This document shows, piece after piece, positions 1 through 8,639 of a stretch of DNA of 64,000 bases; position 1 is the stretch's first letter, and each line of letters opens with the position of its first letter. The translations under genes were made by a program, and so were the position numbers. This DNA comes from a virus (taxonomy: Duplodnaviria > Caudoviricetes): positions 1 to 64,000 of IMG/VR virus record IMGVR_UViG_3300005077_000014; one strand, written 5' to 3'. The notes under the pieces are model-generated. The model had not been told where the DNA came from. It saw only the letters and a program-made list of their open reading frames with translations, and searched no databases.

Positions 1-477
1 GATTACGGTTTTGGCTTGCTGGAATGTATTTCCGCAACCGAGACTGGAGCGGCGCGCGACTATGTCGTGAGTCCCTTTGCCTCTTGAGACTTCCGGACCT
101 GGTTCCGGCAGTTGTTCATCTTTCTCCCAATCCGTCCTCTGCCCCTGCCTATTCCCCATTTCTTCTTCCAGCGCCGCGGCTATCGCCACTCTCTCGCTTA
201 TCGTGAAGTCTTTGCGCATCGCGTTTTCAGCGTATTCACCTTCAAGAATGGAGTCGATTTCGACAATGCGAGCGGGAATAGTGTCTCTTCCGAGGGATTT
301 AAAAGCTTCAAGCCTTCTAGCCCCCCATACCAGTTCATACTTTGGGGTGACACCAATCTCGTGAAAGAGGCCGAATTCATCAATGTGAGCAGCAAGTCCT
401 TCAATATCGCCCATGTTTCTGCGGTATCTATGGCCAACAACTATGTCACTGATGGGAATATCAATGTGCGTAGTCAT
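1..477 (-). CDS. ParB/Srx N-terminal domain protein, truncated by the window edge
   Basis: Not in the ORF track; manual translation from ATG 477 (RBS AAAGGA): MTTHIDIPISDIVVGHRYRRNMGDIEGLAAHIDEFGLFHEIGVTPKYELVWGARRLEAFKSLG...ENAMRKDFTISERVAIA; frame stays open to position 1. Confidence 0.8.
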   Translation of the reverse strand, partial: MTTHIDIPISDIVVGHRYRRNMGDIEGLAAHIDEFGLFHEIGVTPKYELVWGARRLEAFKSLGRDTIPARIVEIDSILEGEYAENAMRKDFTISERVAIAAALEEEMGNRQGQRTDWEKDEQLPEPGPEVSRGKGTHDIVARRSSLGCGNTFQQAKTVI

Positions 478-482
478 TTCCT

Positions 483-767
483 TTACGCCCCCACATACTC
501 ATGTTCCGGTTTTTTCCAATACTCTACCTTGCCGTCCACGCTTCTCCATGCTTTCGGGCAGCCGTAGCAATGCAGTTCGGGGCAGAAGTCGTCTCGAAGG
601 GGAATGATGCAATCCACGCACATGACGCGGCCAGTGTCGCCTTCAGATGCCCATAAAGACATGGTGGTGATTTGGGCGTGAGCGGGATTGTTTTTGTCTG
701 TGCTGTCATTGCTTAATGTTCTAGCGACAAGCGCATCGAGTTGTGCTCGTTTGGCGTGCAAATCCAT
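483..767 (-). CDS. Hypothetical protein with CxxC motifs (possible Zn finger)
   Basis: 94 aa ORF, CVDC and CYGC motifs, in-line with neighbouring leftward genes. Confidence 0.6.
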   Translation of the reverse strand: MDLHAKRAQLDALVARTLSNDSTDKNNPAHAQITTMSLWASEGDTGRVMCVDCIIPLRDDFCPELHCYGCPKAWRSVDGKVEYWKKPEHEYVGA

Positions 768-785
768 CTTGCCATCCCCCCTCTA

Positions 786-1019
786 TTATTTGTCTTCTTT
801 ATCGACTATCAGTGCGGCCCTGGACACTCCCAAAGCGTCGGCTACTCTTTGAAGTAACTTACCGGTAGGTAAAAAGGCGACATTCCCGGCGTTGTGATGG
901 AGTTTCCATTTGCCGATGATGTCTTTGCCGATGCCAAGGAAGCGGGCATATTCGGCATCGCTTTTGATGTGATTTGGTTTGAGTTCGACCAGGCGAGCGT
1001 AAAAAGACAGATTAGACAT
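786..1019 (-). CDS. XRE-family HTH regulator (Cro-like)
   Basis: HTH pattern AEYARFLGIGKDIIGKWK...LLQRVADALGVS; ATG 1019 after GAGGGG; first gene of the leftward operon. Confidence 0.75.
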   Translation of the reverse strand: MSNLSFYARLVELKPNHIKSDAEYARFLGIGKDIIGKWKLHHNAGNVAFLPTGKLLQRVADALGVSRAALIVDKEDK

Positions 1020-1080
1020 ACCTATCCCTCGCAAATGTTCTTGACAAAATTTAAAGGATAGGGAAAAGTGAAAGATAGGC

Positions 1081-1162
1081 AGTAGGCTACTTTCGACTAT
1101 TTCCCATAACCATTTTCTCGTTCAATGAATCGAGAATAGCCTACTCCCTAGTGTAGCGTCAA
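1081..1162 (-). promoter_or_regulatory. Leftward sigma70-like promoter with overlapping inverted operator pair
   Basis: Minus strand TTGACG (1162-1157), 18 nt, TATTCT (1138-1133); inverted repeat AGTAGGCTACTTTCGA (1081-1096) / TCGAGAATAGCCTACT (1130-1145), 14 of 16 matching. Confidence 0.55.
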
Positions 1163-1205
1163 GATAAAAGTTTTATACATTAAGTTAAGTTTTTAACGAG
1201 GTGTT

Positions 1206-1496
1206 ATGGTTAAAGAAACAACAAAAAAAGGAGGCGCTCCAAAAAAGCGAGTAAAGAAGATGCCACCAATTAGTAATTGGAACCCAGTGTTAGTTAGGTT
1301 GTATGAAAAAGCTACTGAATTTAATATTGAAACACAACAAAAAGATGTTGCTAAATTACTTGATGCAACACCCCATGATTTTACGGGGTGGATGCGTGGT
1401 GCAAGCATGAGTCAGGCGAAACTAGATAAGATTGCAAAATATCTAGCAAAAAACCAATTTTCGGCCAGTGACATTGTTTACATTATGTTTGGTTAA
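1206..1496 (+). CDS. XRE-family HTH regulator (repressor-like)
   Basis: HTH pattern QQKDVAKLLDATPHDFTGWMRG...LDKIAKYL; divergent from the Cro-like gene. Confidence 0.7.
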   Translation: MVKETTKKGGAPKKRVKKMPPISNWNPVLVRLYEKATEFNIETQQKDVAKLLDATPHDFTGWMRGASMSQAKLDKIAKYLAKNQFSASDIVYIMFG

Positions 1497-1616
1497 TCGC
1501 TCACAGAATCAGGCGCATTCAGGCTTTTAGAGAATTTTCACAATCAAAACGAGAAAGATAAAGACACGTAAATTCTCTGGGGGGGGGCGGAAGAAAAATG
1601 GACCTTGTTTTCATGA

Positions 1617-2258
1617 GTGAGCGCGCAGATGAGCGCGCATCGCTCTTTGGTCGCGCGCATAATGATGGAAGGGAGTCGCACAATGAACAGCAATAAGTGG
1701 GTGTGTCCAGCCTGTAAAAAGCCCTTTACGAGCGAGTTTAACGAGTGCCCGAATTGTGGCGTGATAGTGTCCAAGTTTCTCAAGAGGCAAGAGGGGGGAG
1801 TGGATATGCCCCCCCAGGAAGTTGCAACGCGCAAGGTGTCAACGCGCAAACTGCCGACGACGGCGCTAGTCATCATCTCTTCTCTCTGTATTCTTATTAT
1901 AGCGGGTGGACTTCTCTATTGGCGCTCTGCCAAACAAGAACAGGCTCGACAGACAGCGGAACAAACGGCGGCACGTATCGTTCAAGAGCAACGGGCACGT
2001 GAACACAGAGAGAAAGAGCTATTGCAACGCATAAGCAACATGGAAGAAATGCAGCGCAAAGAAGCCGAAGAGAAAGCCAAAGAGCGCGACAGGGAGTTGA
2101 CGCGATTGCAATTTGAGCGAAGAAAAGCAGAAAGCGAAAACGAAATGAGTAAAGTCAATGAAAAATACGCTCGGCAGAAAAGGGCCGTTGACGCTCAAGT
2201 GATGCAGCAACGGACAGATGAGCTATTGCGTCGGGCAAACGAAGCGCTCGGGCGATAA
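1617..2258 (+). CDS. Zn-ribbon / single-TM / coiled-coil membrane protein
   Basis: CPAC...CPNC, hydrophobic ALVIISSLCILIIAGGLLYW, E/K/R/Q-rich tail; true start may be downstream. Confidence 0.7.
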   Translation: MSAQMSAHRSLVARIMMEGSRTMNSNKWVCPACKKPFTSEFNECPNCGVIVSKFLKRQEGGVDMPPQEVATRKVSTRKLPTTALVIISSLCILIIAGGLLYWRSAKQEQARQTAEQTAARIVQEQRAREHREKELLQRISNMEEMQRKEAEEKAKERDRELTRLQFERRKAESENEMSKVNEKYARQKRAVDAQVMQQRTDELLRRANEALGR

Positions 2259-2468
2259 GTCGTGACTGAATCTCATGATTAAAAATCATTGCTCTTGACA
2301 TCTATTTCTCTTTCTTTCAAAATTGCTCCTCGAATCTGATTGCTTTTAACCTTTTCTTTTCTGCTGGGCTCTGCTGCTCCAGAGCCTAGCACTCACATGA
2401 TTCTGACACATGCGACCATTGCGGATTCTGTTTGTTGTCGTGGACAGTAAACATCAGGAGAAGACGCA

Positions 2469-2819
2469 ATGGACAAGTTTTATACACCTGAAGACGTAGC
2501 ACAAATTTTCGGTGTTTCTGTCAGGACGATTATCAATCTTTGCAATGCGGGCAAGCTTGAATATTTGCCGGTTGCTGGGAGACGGAGACGTTTCACAGAC
2601 ACTCATCTCCAAAGGTTTGTTGAGAGACAGACAAGGAACACAACAAGGAATGCGACGAACAGTGTTGAGAAGCGTCAACCCAGCTCACAATCCCCAATTG
2701 ACACGAGCACTGCCGACAAGATATCCTTAAACCAAGAGCCTAAATCTAAATCAAAGACTGAGCAATCTGGAACTAACCGTAAAGCTTTATTAAAGGAGGT
2801 CCGTTCCTTATGTCGGTAA
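2469..2819 (+). CDS. xis: Excisionase (winged HTH, HTH_17-like)
   Basis: FYTPEDVAQIFGVSVRTIINLCNAGKL...RRRF; overlaps the integrase start. Confidence 0.8.
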   Translation: MDKFYTPEDVAQIFGVSVRTIINLCNAGKLEYLPVAGRRRRFTDTHLQRFVERQTRNTTRNATNSVEKRQPSSQSPIDTSTADKISLNQEPKSKSKTEQSGTNRKALLKEVRSLCR

Positions 2820-3970
2820 TGAAAAAGGGAGGAAATTGGCATTTGATGTTCAGGCCCAAAGGCGAGCTTATCGGCGTCACGACAATGGCTCAATCGAGGA
2901 CAGAGGCCAAGCAAATCGAGACTGCGATTCTCATGGCCTGTCGGTCTGACAGGTATGATTTCTTGGAGCCCAACGCAAGAGAGGCATGTGTCCGGATGTT
3001 TAAGAATCGGGGGTGGACAATCCCTGCTGATTTGTCGGTTGATGCAACGGCGGCTCAGAATCAAGAGTTGACTCTGTGGCGAGCCTGTCAAATCTTTTTG
3101 AATTATCCAGAGGTCAAAGCTTCTCCTGGGCTCTGGAGACACGAGTATTCGATTACAAATCTCGTGGCGAAGCTCGGAAAAGAAAAGCCGCTGAAGTCTA
3201 TTTGGGTTCCGGACTTGAAGCAATACCAGATTGACAGGACAGGCGAGGGGGCCGCACCAGATACTGTCAATCGGGAATTGTCAACATTGTCTCGGTTGTT
3301 TTCTGTGATGATTGAGCTTCAATATTGGGATGCCAACCCAGTTCGTATGGTCAAATCACTATCGAACAAGTCGGGGCTGAGACAAGTTTATCTCTCTCAC
3401 TCCACTGTCAATGCAATCATTGGTAGTTGTCCTGATTGGGCAAAACCGCTTCTTTGGACTGCCTATTATACAGGAATGCGCCGGGGCGAGGTCTTGAATC
3501 TCACCAGGAAACAGATTGACTTGTCGAAACGGATAATTCTGTTGTCTCCGGACGGGACCAAAGAGGGCGATTGGAAACGAGTGCCGATTCATCAGGCGCT
3601 TGTGCCGATTCTGGAGGCTTGTGTGAAGCGTCCTGTGTTTTCGATAAGCGGCAAAGTATTTGATGTCAATCTGGAGACATTCAAAAATGTATGGCCTCGG
3701 GCCTGTGATTCGCTGAAAGAGAAAGGTGTGCTGACTGACCCGTTGCCAAGATTCCATGATTTACGCCACACATGGAAGACGAACGCCAGACGTTCAGGCA
3801 TGGATTCAGAGATACGTGAAGTCATCATGGGGCACTCAATCAAAACGAGCGTAAGAGAGCGCTATGGACGCATCAGCAATGACGAATTGTTGCAAGCAAT
3901 CGACCTGATGACTTTTGACCATGGCGACACTGAGATTTGGGTGGCAAAGGCCAATGGAAAACAGAGATAA
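2810..3970 (+). CDS. int: Tyrosine integrase
   Basis: Catalytic motifs TGMRRGE (R), FHDLRH (HxxR), MGHS (H), RERY (Y); adjacent to att core. Confidence 0.96.
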   Translation: MSVMKKGGNWHLMFRPKGELIGVTTMAQSRTEAKQIETAILMACRSDRYDFLEPNAREACVRMFKNRGWTIPADLSVDATAAQNQELTLWRACQIFLNYPEVKASPGLWRHEYSITNLVAKLGKEKPLKSIWVPDLKQYQIDRTGEGAAPDTVNRELSTLSRLFSVMIELQYWDANPVRMVKSLSNKSGLRQVYLSHSTVNAIIGSCPDWAKPLLWTAYYTGMRRGEVLNLTRKQIDLSKRIILLSPDGTKEGDWKRVPIHQALVPILEACVKRPVFSISGKVFDVNLETFKNVWPRACDSLKEKGVLTDPLPRFHDLRHTWKTNARRSGMDSEIREVIMGHSIKTSVRERYGRISNDELLQAIDLMTFDHGDTEIWVAKANGKQR

Positions 3971-3983
3971 AAAGATGTCAGAA

Positions 3984-4007
3984 AAAGGTGTTAACGAAAC
4001 GTTAACT
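3984..4007 (+). repeat. attP arm-type repeat, left copy
   Basis: AAAGGTGTTAACGAAACGTTAACT; 23 of 24 identical to 4221-4244; two GTTAAC units 11 bp apart. Confidence 0.8.
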
Positions 4008-4020
4008 TTGGTCTCAACAA

Positions 4021-4050
4021 AAAGAAAAAGGCCACCGTGTCGGGTGGCCT
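4021..4050 (-). terminator. Rho-independent terminator downstream of the tRNA 3' half
   Basis: Minus strand AGGCCACC-CGACAC-GGTGGCCT followed by TTTTCTTT. Confidence 0.8.
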
Positions 4051-4074
4051 GTGTTAATGATTTTAGCTATTTAC

Positions 4075-4125
4075 TGGTAGGCGGGAGAGGATTTGAACCT
4101 CCGACCCCTGCCGTGTGAAGGCAAG
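4075..4125 (-). other. attP core: 3' half of tRNA-Val(CAC)
   Basis: Reverse complement CTTGCC-TTCACAC-GGCAG-GGGTC-GGAGG-TTCAAAT-CCTCT-CCCGCCT-ACCA: anticodon arm, T arm and CCA present; no D arm or 5' acceptor strand upstream. Confidence 0.9.
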
Positions 4126-4220
4126 TTTGATGTATGATTAACACTGGAACGTTGCAGATTGCTCAGTCGTTTAGGCTCTTTGTGATGTTTTGATTTGTGT
4201 TGAGTGGAATAGAGTTGACG

Positions 4221-4244
4221 AAAGGTGTTAACGAAATGTTAACT
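4221..4244 (+). repeat. attP arm-type repeat, right copy
   Basis: AAAGGTGTTAACGAAATGTTAACT. Confidence 0.8.
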
Positions 4245-4518
4245 CGACAAATACAATACCTCATGAGCCCGTGACTTGCGTTTTGTTAACCTATAGGGTT
4301 ATGATTATTTCTTTGCCATAACCCCCATTTTTCATTATTTAACCAACCATATCTATCACTTACCTTGTAACTTCCTTAAATTTTCACACTTTTTGCCCTC
4401 TTTGTTACTCCTATTTCACTTTTTCCTTGTCATTAATTAAGTGATTTGGTTAATTACGATACTCAATTGATGAACTGTTGGTAATTATTGCAGTTTCATC
4501 ATTAGGTGTGGTTGCCAA

Positions 4519-5280
4519 ATGATTAAGACCGACAGCCTAGCACAATTGATTCCGTCAGAGCGAAAAGGCTTGATGTTTGTTGGGGTCTATTCGCCTTGGA
4601 GGGTGGATACTCAGAATGAGGCGATTCTCCCGGAAGAATTAGAGAACACGGCTCATGAGTTCGCATTCTCTGGGAAGCTGGACAGAATTGATCAGGAACA
4701 CAACAACATAGTGACGGGCTGTCGAATTGTCCAGACGTTCATTTCCCAGAAAGGGGACATGAGATTTCCGATACCGGGCACCTGGGGCGTTGCAATTCAG
4801 TTAACGGACCAATGCACGGCTGACGTTGAAGCTGGAAAGATTAACGGGGTCTCGCTGGAATGGAAGACACCCCCCCACAAAGCGGATTACCCGACTTTGG
4901 TTTCACATCCGGTTTTCGGGACAGGAATCACGGAAGTTTCTCTCGCAGAATCAGACGAAGTGCCAGAGCATTATCATACTGTGGAACTGCGGTTTGACCC
5001 GAAAACGGCTCGAATTATCCCGACAATTACCGGCGAAGCTTTGGGCCATGTTCACAATATCATCGGCTCAACCAGCACAGAGCCCACAAGGGGCCATGCT
5101 CACAGGCTGGACTTAGAACCATCAAGCGAATCACACCACATCGAAATTGAATACGAGCGCCGAATCCAGGTCGTAACATATTTGTTCAACTTAATTGTCG
5201 ATTGGATTTCTCTGGTGCGGCATGGCGCTAATTGGACGCCACTCGAAGCGCTCAAAACAGATTCATATAGGAGAAATTAA
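4519..5280 (+). CDS. XkdF-like (PBSX-type) putative prohead serine protease
   Basis: VGVYSPWRVDTQNEAI...AHEF...IDQEH...PGTWGVAIQL...GKINGVSLE and later ISLVRHGAN. Confidence 0.8.
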   Translation: MIKTDSLAQLIPSERKGLMFVGVYSPWRVDTQNEAILPEELENTAHEFAFSGKLDRIDQEHNNIVTGCRIVQTFISQKGDMRFPIPGTWGVAIQLTDQCTADVEAGKINGVSLEWKTPPHKADYPTLVSHPVFGTGITEVSLAESDEVPEHYHTVELRFDPKTARIIPTITGEALGHVHNIIGSTSTEPTRGHAHRLDLEPSSESHHIEIEYERRIQVVTYLFNLIVDWISLVRHGANWTPLEALKTDSYRRN

Positions 5281-5281
5281 C

Positions 5282-6301
5282 ATGGGCCGAATTGTTCATG
5301 CGGTGATTTGTCCAGAGGGCACAGACCCTTCGATATTGAAAGAAGTTTACGGCGAAAAGTGGCCTGATGAATTCCCGAAGGCTGTTCAAGAGGACAGCGG
5401 AACGTCAGTCACTTACGTTTTGGCGCAGAAATCAGAATTCGCCCAAATAGACGAGCCACAAGAGATAGTCCTGAAGGACGGCAAAACGAAAGTCCAGGTC
5501 ATAACCGGCGACTTGAAGAGTGGCGCAAAAAGCGACGGCGTAATCGACGTTTCCGTTGATACCGTCTCGAACACATACGAATGGAATATCACCGTTGGCG
5601 AATTCCTTGACGATGAAATGTGGAAGTTCAGCCGCATCATGTGGGCCGCTCTTGCTCAAGATTCCGCCACGGTTGAACAGCGCTCCAGAATCATTATGGG
5701 TGCATTGGATGGACTCAGGACGGCAATCGAGAAAGCGCTTGCCAAGGCTGGCGAGCAGACAGTTGAGGATCCTGGCTCTACAAAATCAGAGATGCCTTTC
5801 GGCTCTGGAGACATGCTCAGCAAGGTTGTTTCCGAGCTGAAGCACATAAAGAAATTCATTGGTGAGCAGGCCAAAAGTGCATTGAAAGTTGAAATACAGA
5901 AAGACAACGAAAATGGAGGTAATAACACCATGACTGAGTATGCAACGAAAGAGGAATTCAATGGCCTCAAAGACGGGATGGCAGACCTTTCCAAAAAGTT
6001 CGACACCATTATGGATAAGCTTGCGCCCCCAGAAGAGCCCGTTGTGACACCCCCTGTTCAGCCCGAAACGGCAACCAAGAGTGACGCTGATGTCATCGCT
6101 GAGAAAGTCGGCGCAATGCTCAAACCCATTGCCGAGAAAGTTGAGGCCCTGGAATCAGTGGTCAACGACACTGCGGCCAAGACCGAGATTCTTCAGAAGT
6201 CCGGCCCTGCTGGAAGCGTGGCAGAAGACACCAACAAGCCCAGCAATTCGGCAAAATCTGAATGCACATGGGCCAGCCACCCGGCTTTTGCTGGTCGATA
6301 A
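5282..6301 (+). CDS. Putative scaffolding protein
   Basis: Between protease and capsid; acidic, coiled-coil C-terminal half; ATG 5282 after GGAG (track gives an upstream alternative start). Confidence 0.65.
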   Translation: MGRIVHAVICPEGTDPSILKEVYGEKWPDEFPKAVQEDSGTSVTYVLAQKSEFAQIDEPQEIVLKDGKTKVQVITGDLKSGAKSDGVIDVSVDTVSNTYEWNITVGEFLDDEMWKFSRIMWAALAQDSATVEQRSRIIMGALDGLRTAIEKALAKAGEQTVEDPGSTKSEMPFGSGDMLSKVVSELKHIKKFIGEQAKSALKVEIQKDNENGGNNTMTEYATKEEFNGLKDGMADLSKKFDTIMDKLAPPEEPVVTPPVQPETATKSDADVIAEKVGAMLKPIAEKVEALESVVNDTAAKTEILQKSGPAGSVAEDTNKPSNSAKSECTWASHPAFAGR

Positions 6302-6388
6302 TCGAGTTGTATTACCCTTGGAAGACAGGTGCAATAAAAATATTGCACCATAACCGATATCAAAATTACTTACGGAGGAATTGATGCC

Positions 6389-7354
6389 ATGTCCGCTCCT
6401 GGAATTGGAAGAGCAGTTGGCGCAAAGGCCGCTGGCGATTTGTCTGTCAGCGATATGAATACCAATGGCGGTCTGATGCTCGAAGCACAGGCCAGAGAAT
6501 TTGTGGAAGAAATCAAACTGGCCCCAACGATTCTGAGCCTCGTTGACGTTAAGGTCATGGCGGCCCAGAAAGAGCGCATCGAGTATGCAGGGTTCAACGG
6601 CAGAATCTCGCATCCCGATGTTCCCGGTGTGGAATCTACAGAGGCCCAGCGCTCCAAGCTGACAACCAGCAAACAGACTCTTGATGCACAGGATTTCCGG
6701 GCAGTGGTTGACCTGAACTACAAAGTCCAGAATGAAAACATCATGAGATGGGGTCTGGCCGGCTTTGTTCAGAAGGAAATGGCCCGACAGGTTGCAATCG
6801 ACATTCAGGATAACGTGTTCAATGGCGACACTGAATCTGAGGATGACGACCTGGCTCCTTTCGACGGCATCATAAAGCAAGCCCTGCCAGCCAATACCAT
6901 TGACTACACAAGCACTCCTGTTGTGGTCAACGATTGGCCTTTCTTCCTGATGTGGCAGACCATGCCTGAAGATTTCCTTCAGGACGTTGACAACCTAGTC
7001 TATCTGTGTTCCCCGAAAACAGAGGCCGCTTATGACATGTATTTGAAGATTACCCCCAATGCCATGGGCACCAGGTATGAATCACAAAACATGATTGACC
7101 GGCTCCAGTTCAAGGGCGCTGCAATCAGACGCTTTGCGAAGTGTCCCGATGACACAATCATATTGACTCACAAGTGGAACATCAGAGTCGGTTTCTGGGT
7201 CCAGATGTATCTCGAAAGCCAGAGATTCATTGATCCAGGTATTGACAAGTTCGTGATGCGCTACTCTTGCGATGTCAAATATGTGCATCCGTCTGGCGCA
7301 GTGGTGTTCCAGGGCCTTGAGAATTCTGTGTATCCGTCGGCTGCGGCTGCGTAG
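6389..7354 (+). CDS. Major capsid protein (HK97 fold, PBSX XkdG-like)
   Basis: NGGLMLEAQAREFVEE...MARQVAIDIQDNVFNGD...FDGIIKQA; size and position; RBS GGAGG. Confidence 0.85.
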   Translation: MSAPGIGRAVGAKAAGDLSVSDMNTNGGLMLEAQAREFVEEIKLAPTILSLVDVKVMAAQKERIEYAGFNGRISHPDVPGVESTEAQRSKLTTSKQTLDAQDFRAVVDLNYKVQNENIMRWGLAGFVQKEMARQVAIDIQDNVFNGDTESEDDDLAPFDGIIKQALPANTIDYTSTPVVVNDWPFFLMWQTMPEDFLQDVDNLVYLCSPKTEAAYDMYLKITPNAMGTRYESQNMIDRLQFKGAAIRRFAKCPDDTIILTHKWNIRVGFWVQMYLESQRFIDPGIDKFVMRYSCDVKYVHPSGAVVFQGLENSVYPSAAAA

Positions 7355-7394
7355 TCACTGTTGATTCTCATGGTTCGTAAATAACGGAGGCATT

Positions 7395-7631
7395 ATGCCG
7401 ATAGTAACCCTCTTGAGACCCTATGAAAAGTATTTGCTGGGCATGGGGTCTCAAGTTTACTCATTTTTTCAAGGGGTGCCGGTCGAGTGCTCGGAAGAGA
7501 TTGCGAACCGGTGTGCTGGCATCAAGTTCAAAAACAAGCCGATGTTTCGGATTGAAGGGCGAGCTGGAGACGCGGATCCAGATGCTGATGTGAATCGGTT
7601 TTTTGGTTTGCAGTTGGAGTTCAGACCGTAA
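7395..7631 (+). CDS. Hypothetical head-associated protein
   Basis: 78 aa, RBS GGAGG, between capsid and adaptor. Confidence 0.6.
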   Translation: MPIVTLLRPYEKYLLGMGSQVYSFFQGVPVECSEEIANRCAGIKFKNKPMFRIEGRAGDADPDADVNRFFGLQLEFRP

Positions 7632-8209
7632 TGGCTCTAAAGACGACACTCGGATCAAAAACAGCAAACTCTTTCATAACGATTGTGGAAGCAGATGCCT
7701 ATCTTGCGGCTTCGCCTTATGACGACGCTGCATGGTTGGCGCTTTCCACAGCAGAGAAAGAATATCGCCTGATTCTTGCGGCCAAATATATGCGCAACAA
7801 GTTGTCGTGGCTTGGCTGGGAAGTCTATGAGAATCAGTATTTACCGTTTCCGAGATATACGGGGCCGATTGCAGTTGAGTTACCAGATGATTTTGTGCCC
7901 GAAGTTCCCGCTGACATAAAAATGGCTCAAGCGTTTATTGCCTATGACATGATTCATAGAGGGCTTGTTGGGATTACAGCTCCATCTTTGGGTGGTGCTT
8001 CTGAACCAGAGATAAAGAGTCTGGATTTGTTTGGCCGGTTGAAAGTCACGACTTCTGACGTTGCGGCAAAACGAACAGATGGCTCAGCGATTGAACAGCA
8101 AATAGCTTCTGAGCATTTTCATGTGAACATGTTACTCGAAGACTACGCTGTGCAAATCAGCATGACTCCGGCTGTTCCTGGGCCAACGAAGCTGACAGAG
8201 GTAGCCTAA
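7631..8209 (+). CDS. Head-tail adaptor (DnaT-like family)
   Basis: ANSFITIVEADAYL...W...KEYRLILAAKYM...WLG...QYLPFPR. Confidence 0.7.
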   Translation: MALKTTLGSKTANSFITIVEADAYLAASPYDDAAWLALSTAEKEYRLILAAKYMRNKLSWLGWEVYENQYLPFPRYTGPIAVELPDDFVPEVPADIKMAQAFIAYDMIHRGLVGITAPSLGGASEPEIKSLDLFGRLKVTTSDVAAKRTDGSAIEQQIASEHFHVNMLLEDYAVQISMTPAVPGPTKLTEVA

Positions 8210-8589
8210 TGGTTATGGCTTTGGGATTTGTGAGGCCATACAAAAAACAAATCCTTCAGTGGGTTAACAAGGCTTTTGCGGACCCTGAGCTTGTTAAAAC
8301 TGGCACTTATGCTGTGTATCAAGGGCGCAAAGAAGAGCCAGTGACGTTTGAGTGCCCGTGTGTGCTTGTGAGCCACACCATCGAAAACGAGAGCTTTGGA
8401 GACGGTGTTTCAGCACAAGGCTCTGAGCGAGTTTATTGGATAAGAGAGGCCGACTTTCCAGAAGGTGTCACATCAGAGAGTTTGACCGAGAATGACCGAT
8501 TCACTGTTGGTTCAAACGAATTCGTTATGAAGAAGATTGACCCGACACTAGAGTTTGTCATCGAGATAACGGTTGTGGGTAGCCGGTAG
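8209..8589 (+). CDS. Putative head-closure protein
   Basis: 126 aa, neck synteny. Confidence 0.55.
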   Translation: MVMALGFVRPYKKQILQWVNKAFADPELVKTGTYAVYQGRKEEPVTFECPCVLVSHTIENESFGDGVSAQGSERVYWIREADFPEGVTSESLTENDRFTVGSNEFVMKKIDPTLEFVIEITVVGSR

Positions 8590-8639
8590 GTGGCCGGTAG
8601 GTGGCCGGTTGAATAAATAAGGGTAAGCAGGTATCACGC

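Noticed and set aside
1-477. Plasmid-type partition system
   Set aside because: Only a ParB N-terminal domain is visible; no ParA or parS seen, and such domains are common in phage proteins
2810-4125. Specific host assignment
   Set aside because: The integrase reminds me of deltaproteobacterial ones, but this cannot be supported without a database search
4075-4150. Full-length tRNA-Val gene
   Set aside because: Sequence 5' of the anticodon stem cannot form a D arm or acceptor stem; only the 3' half is present
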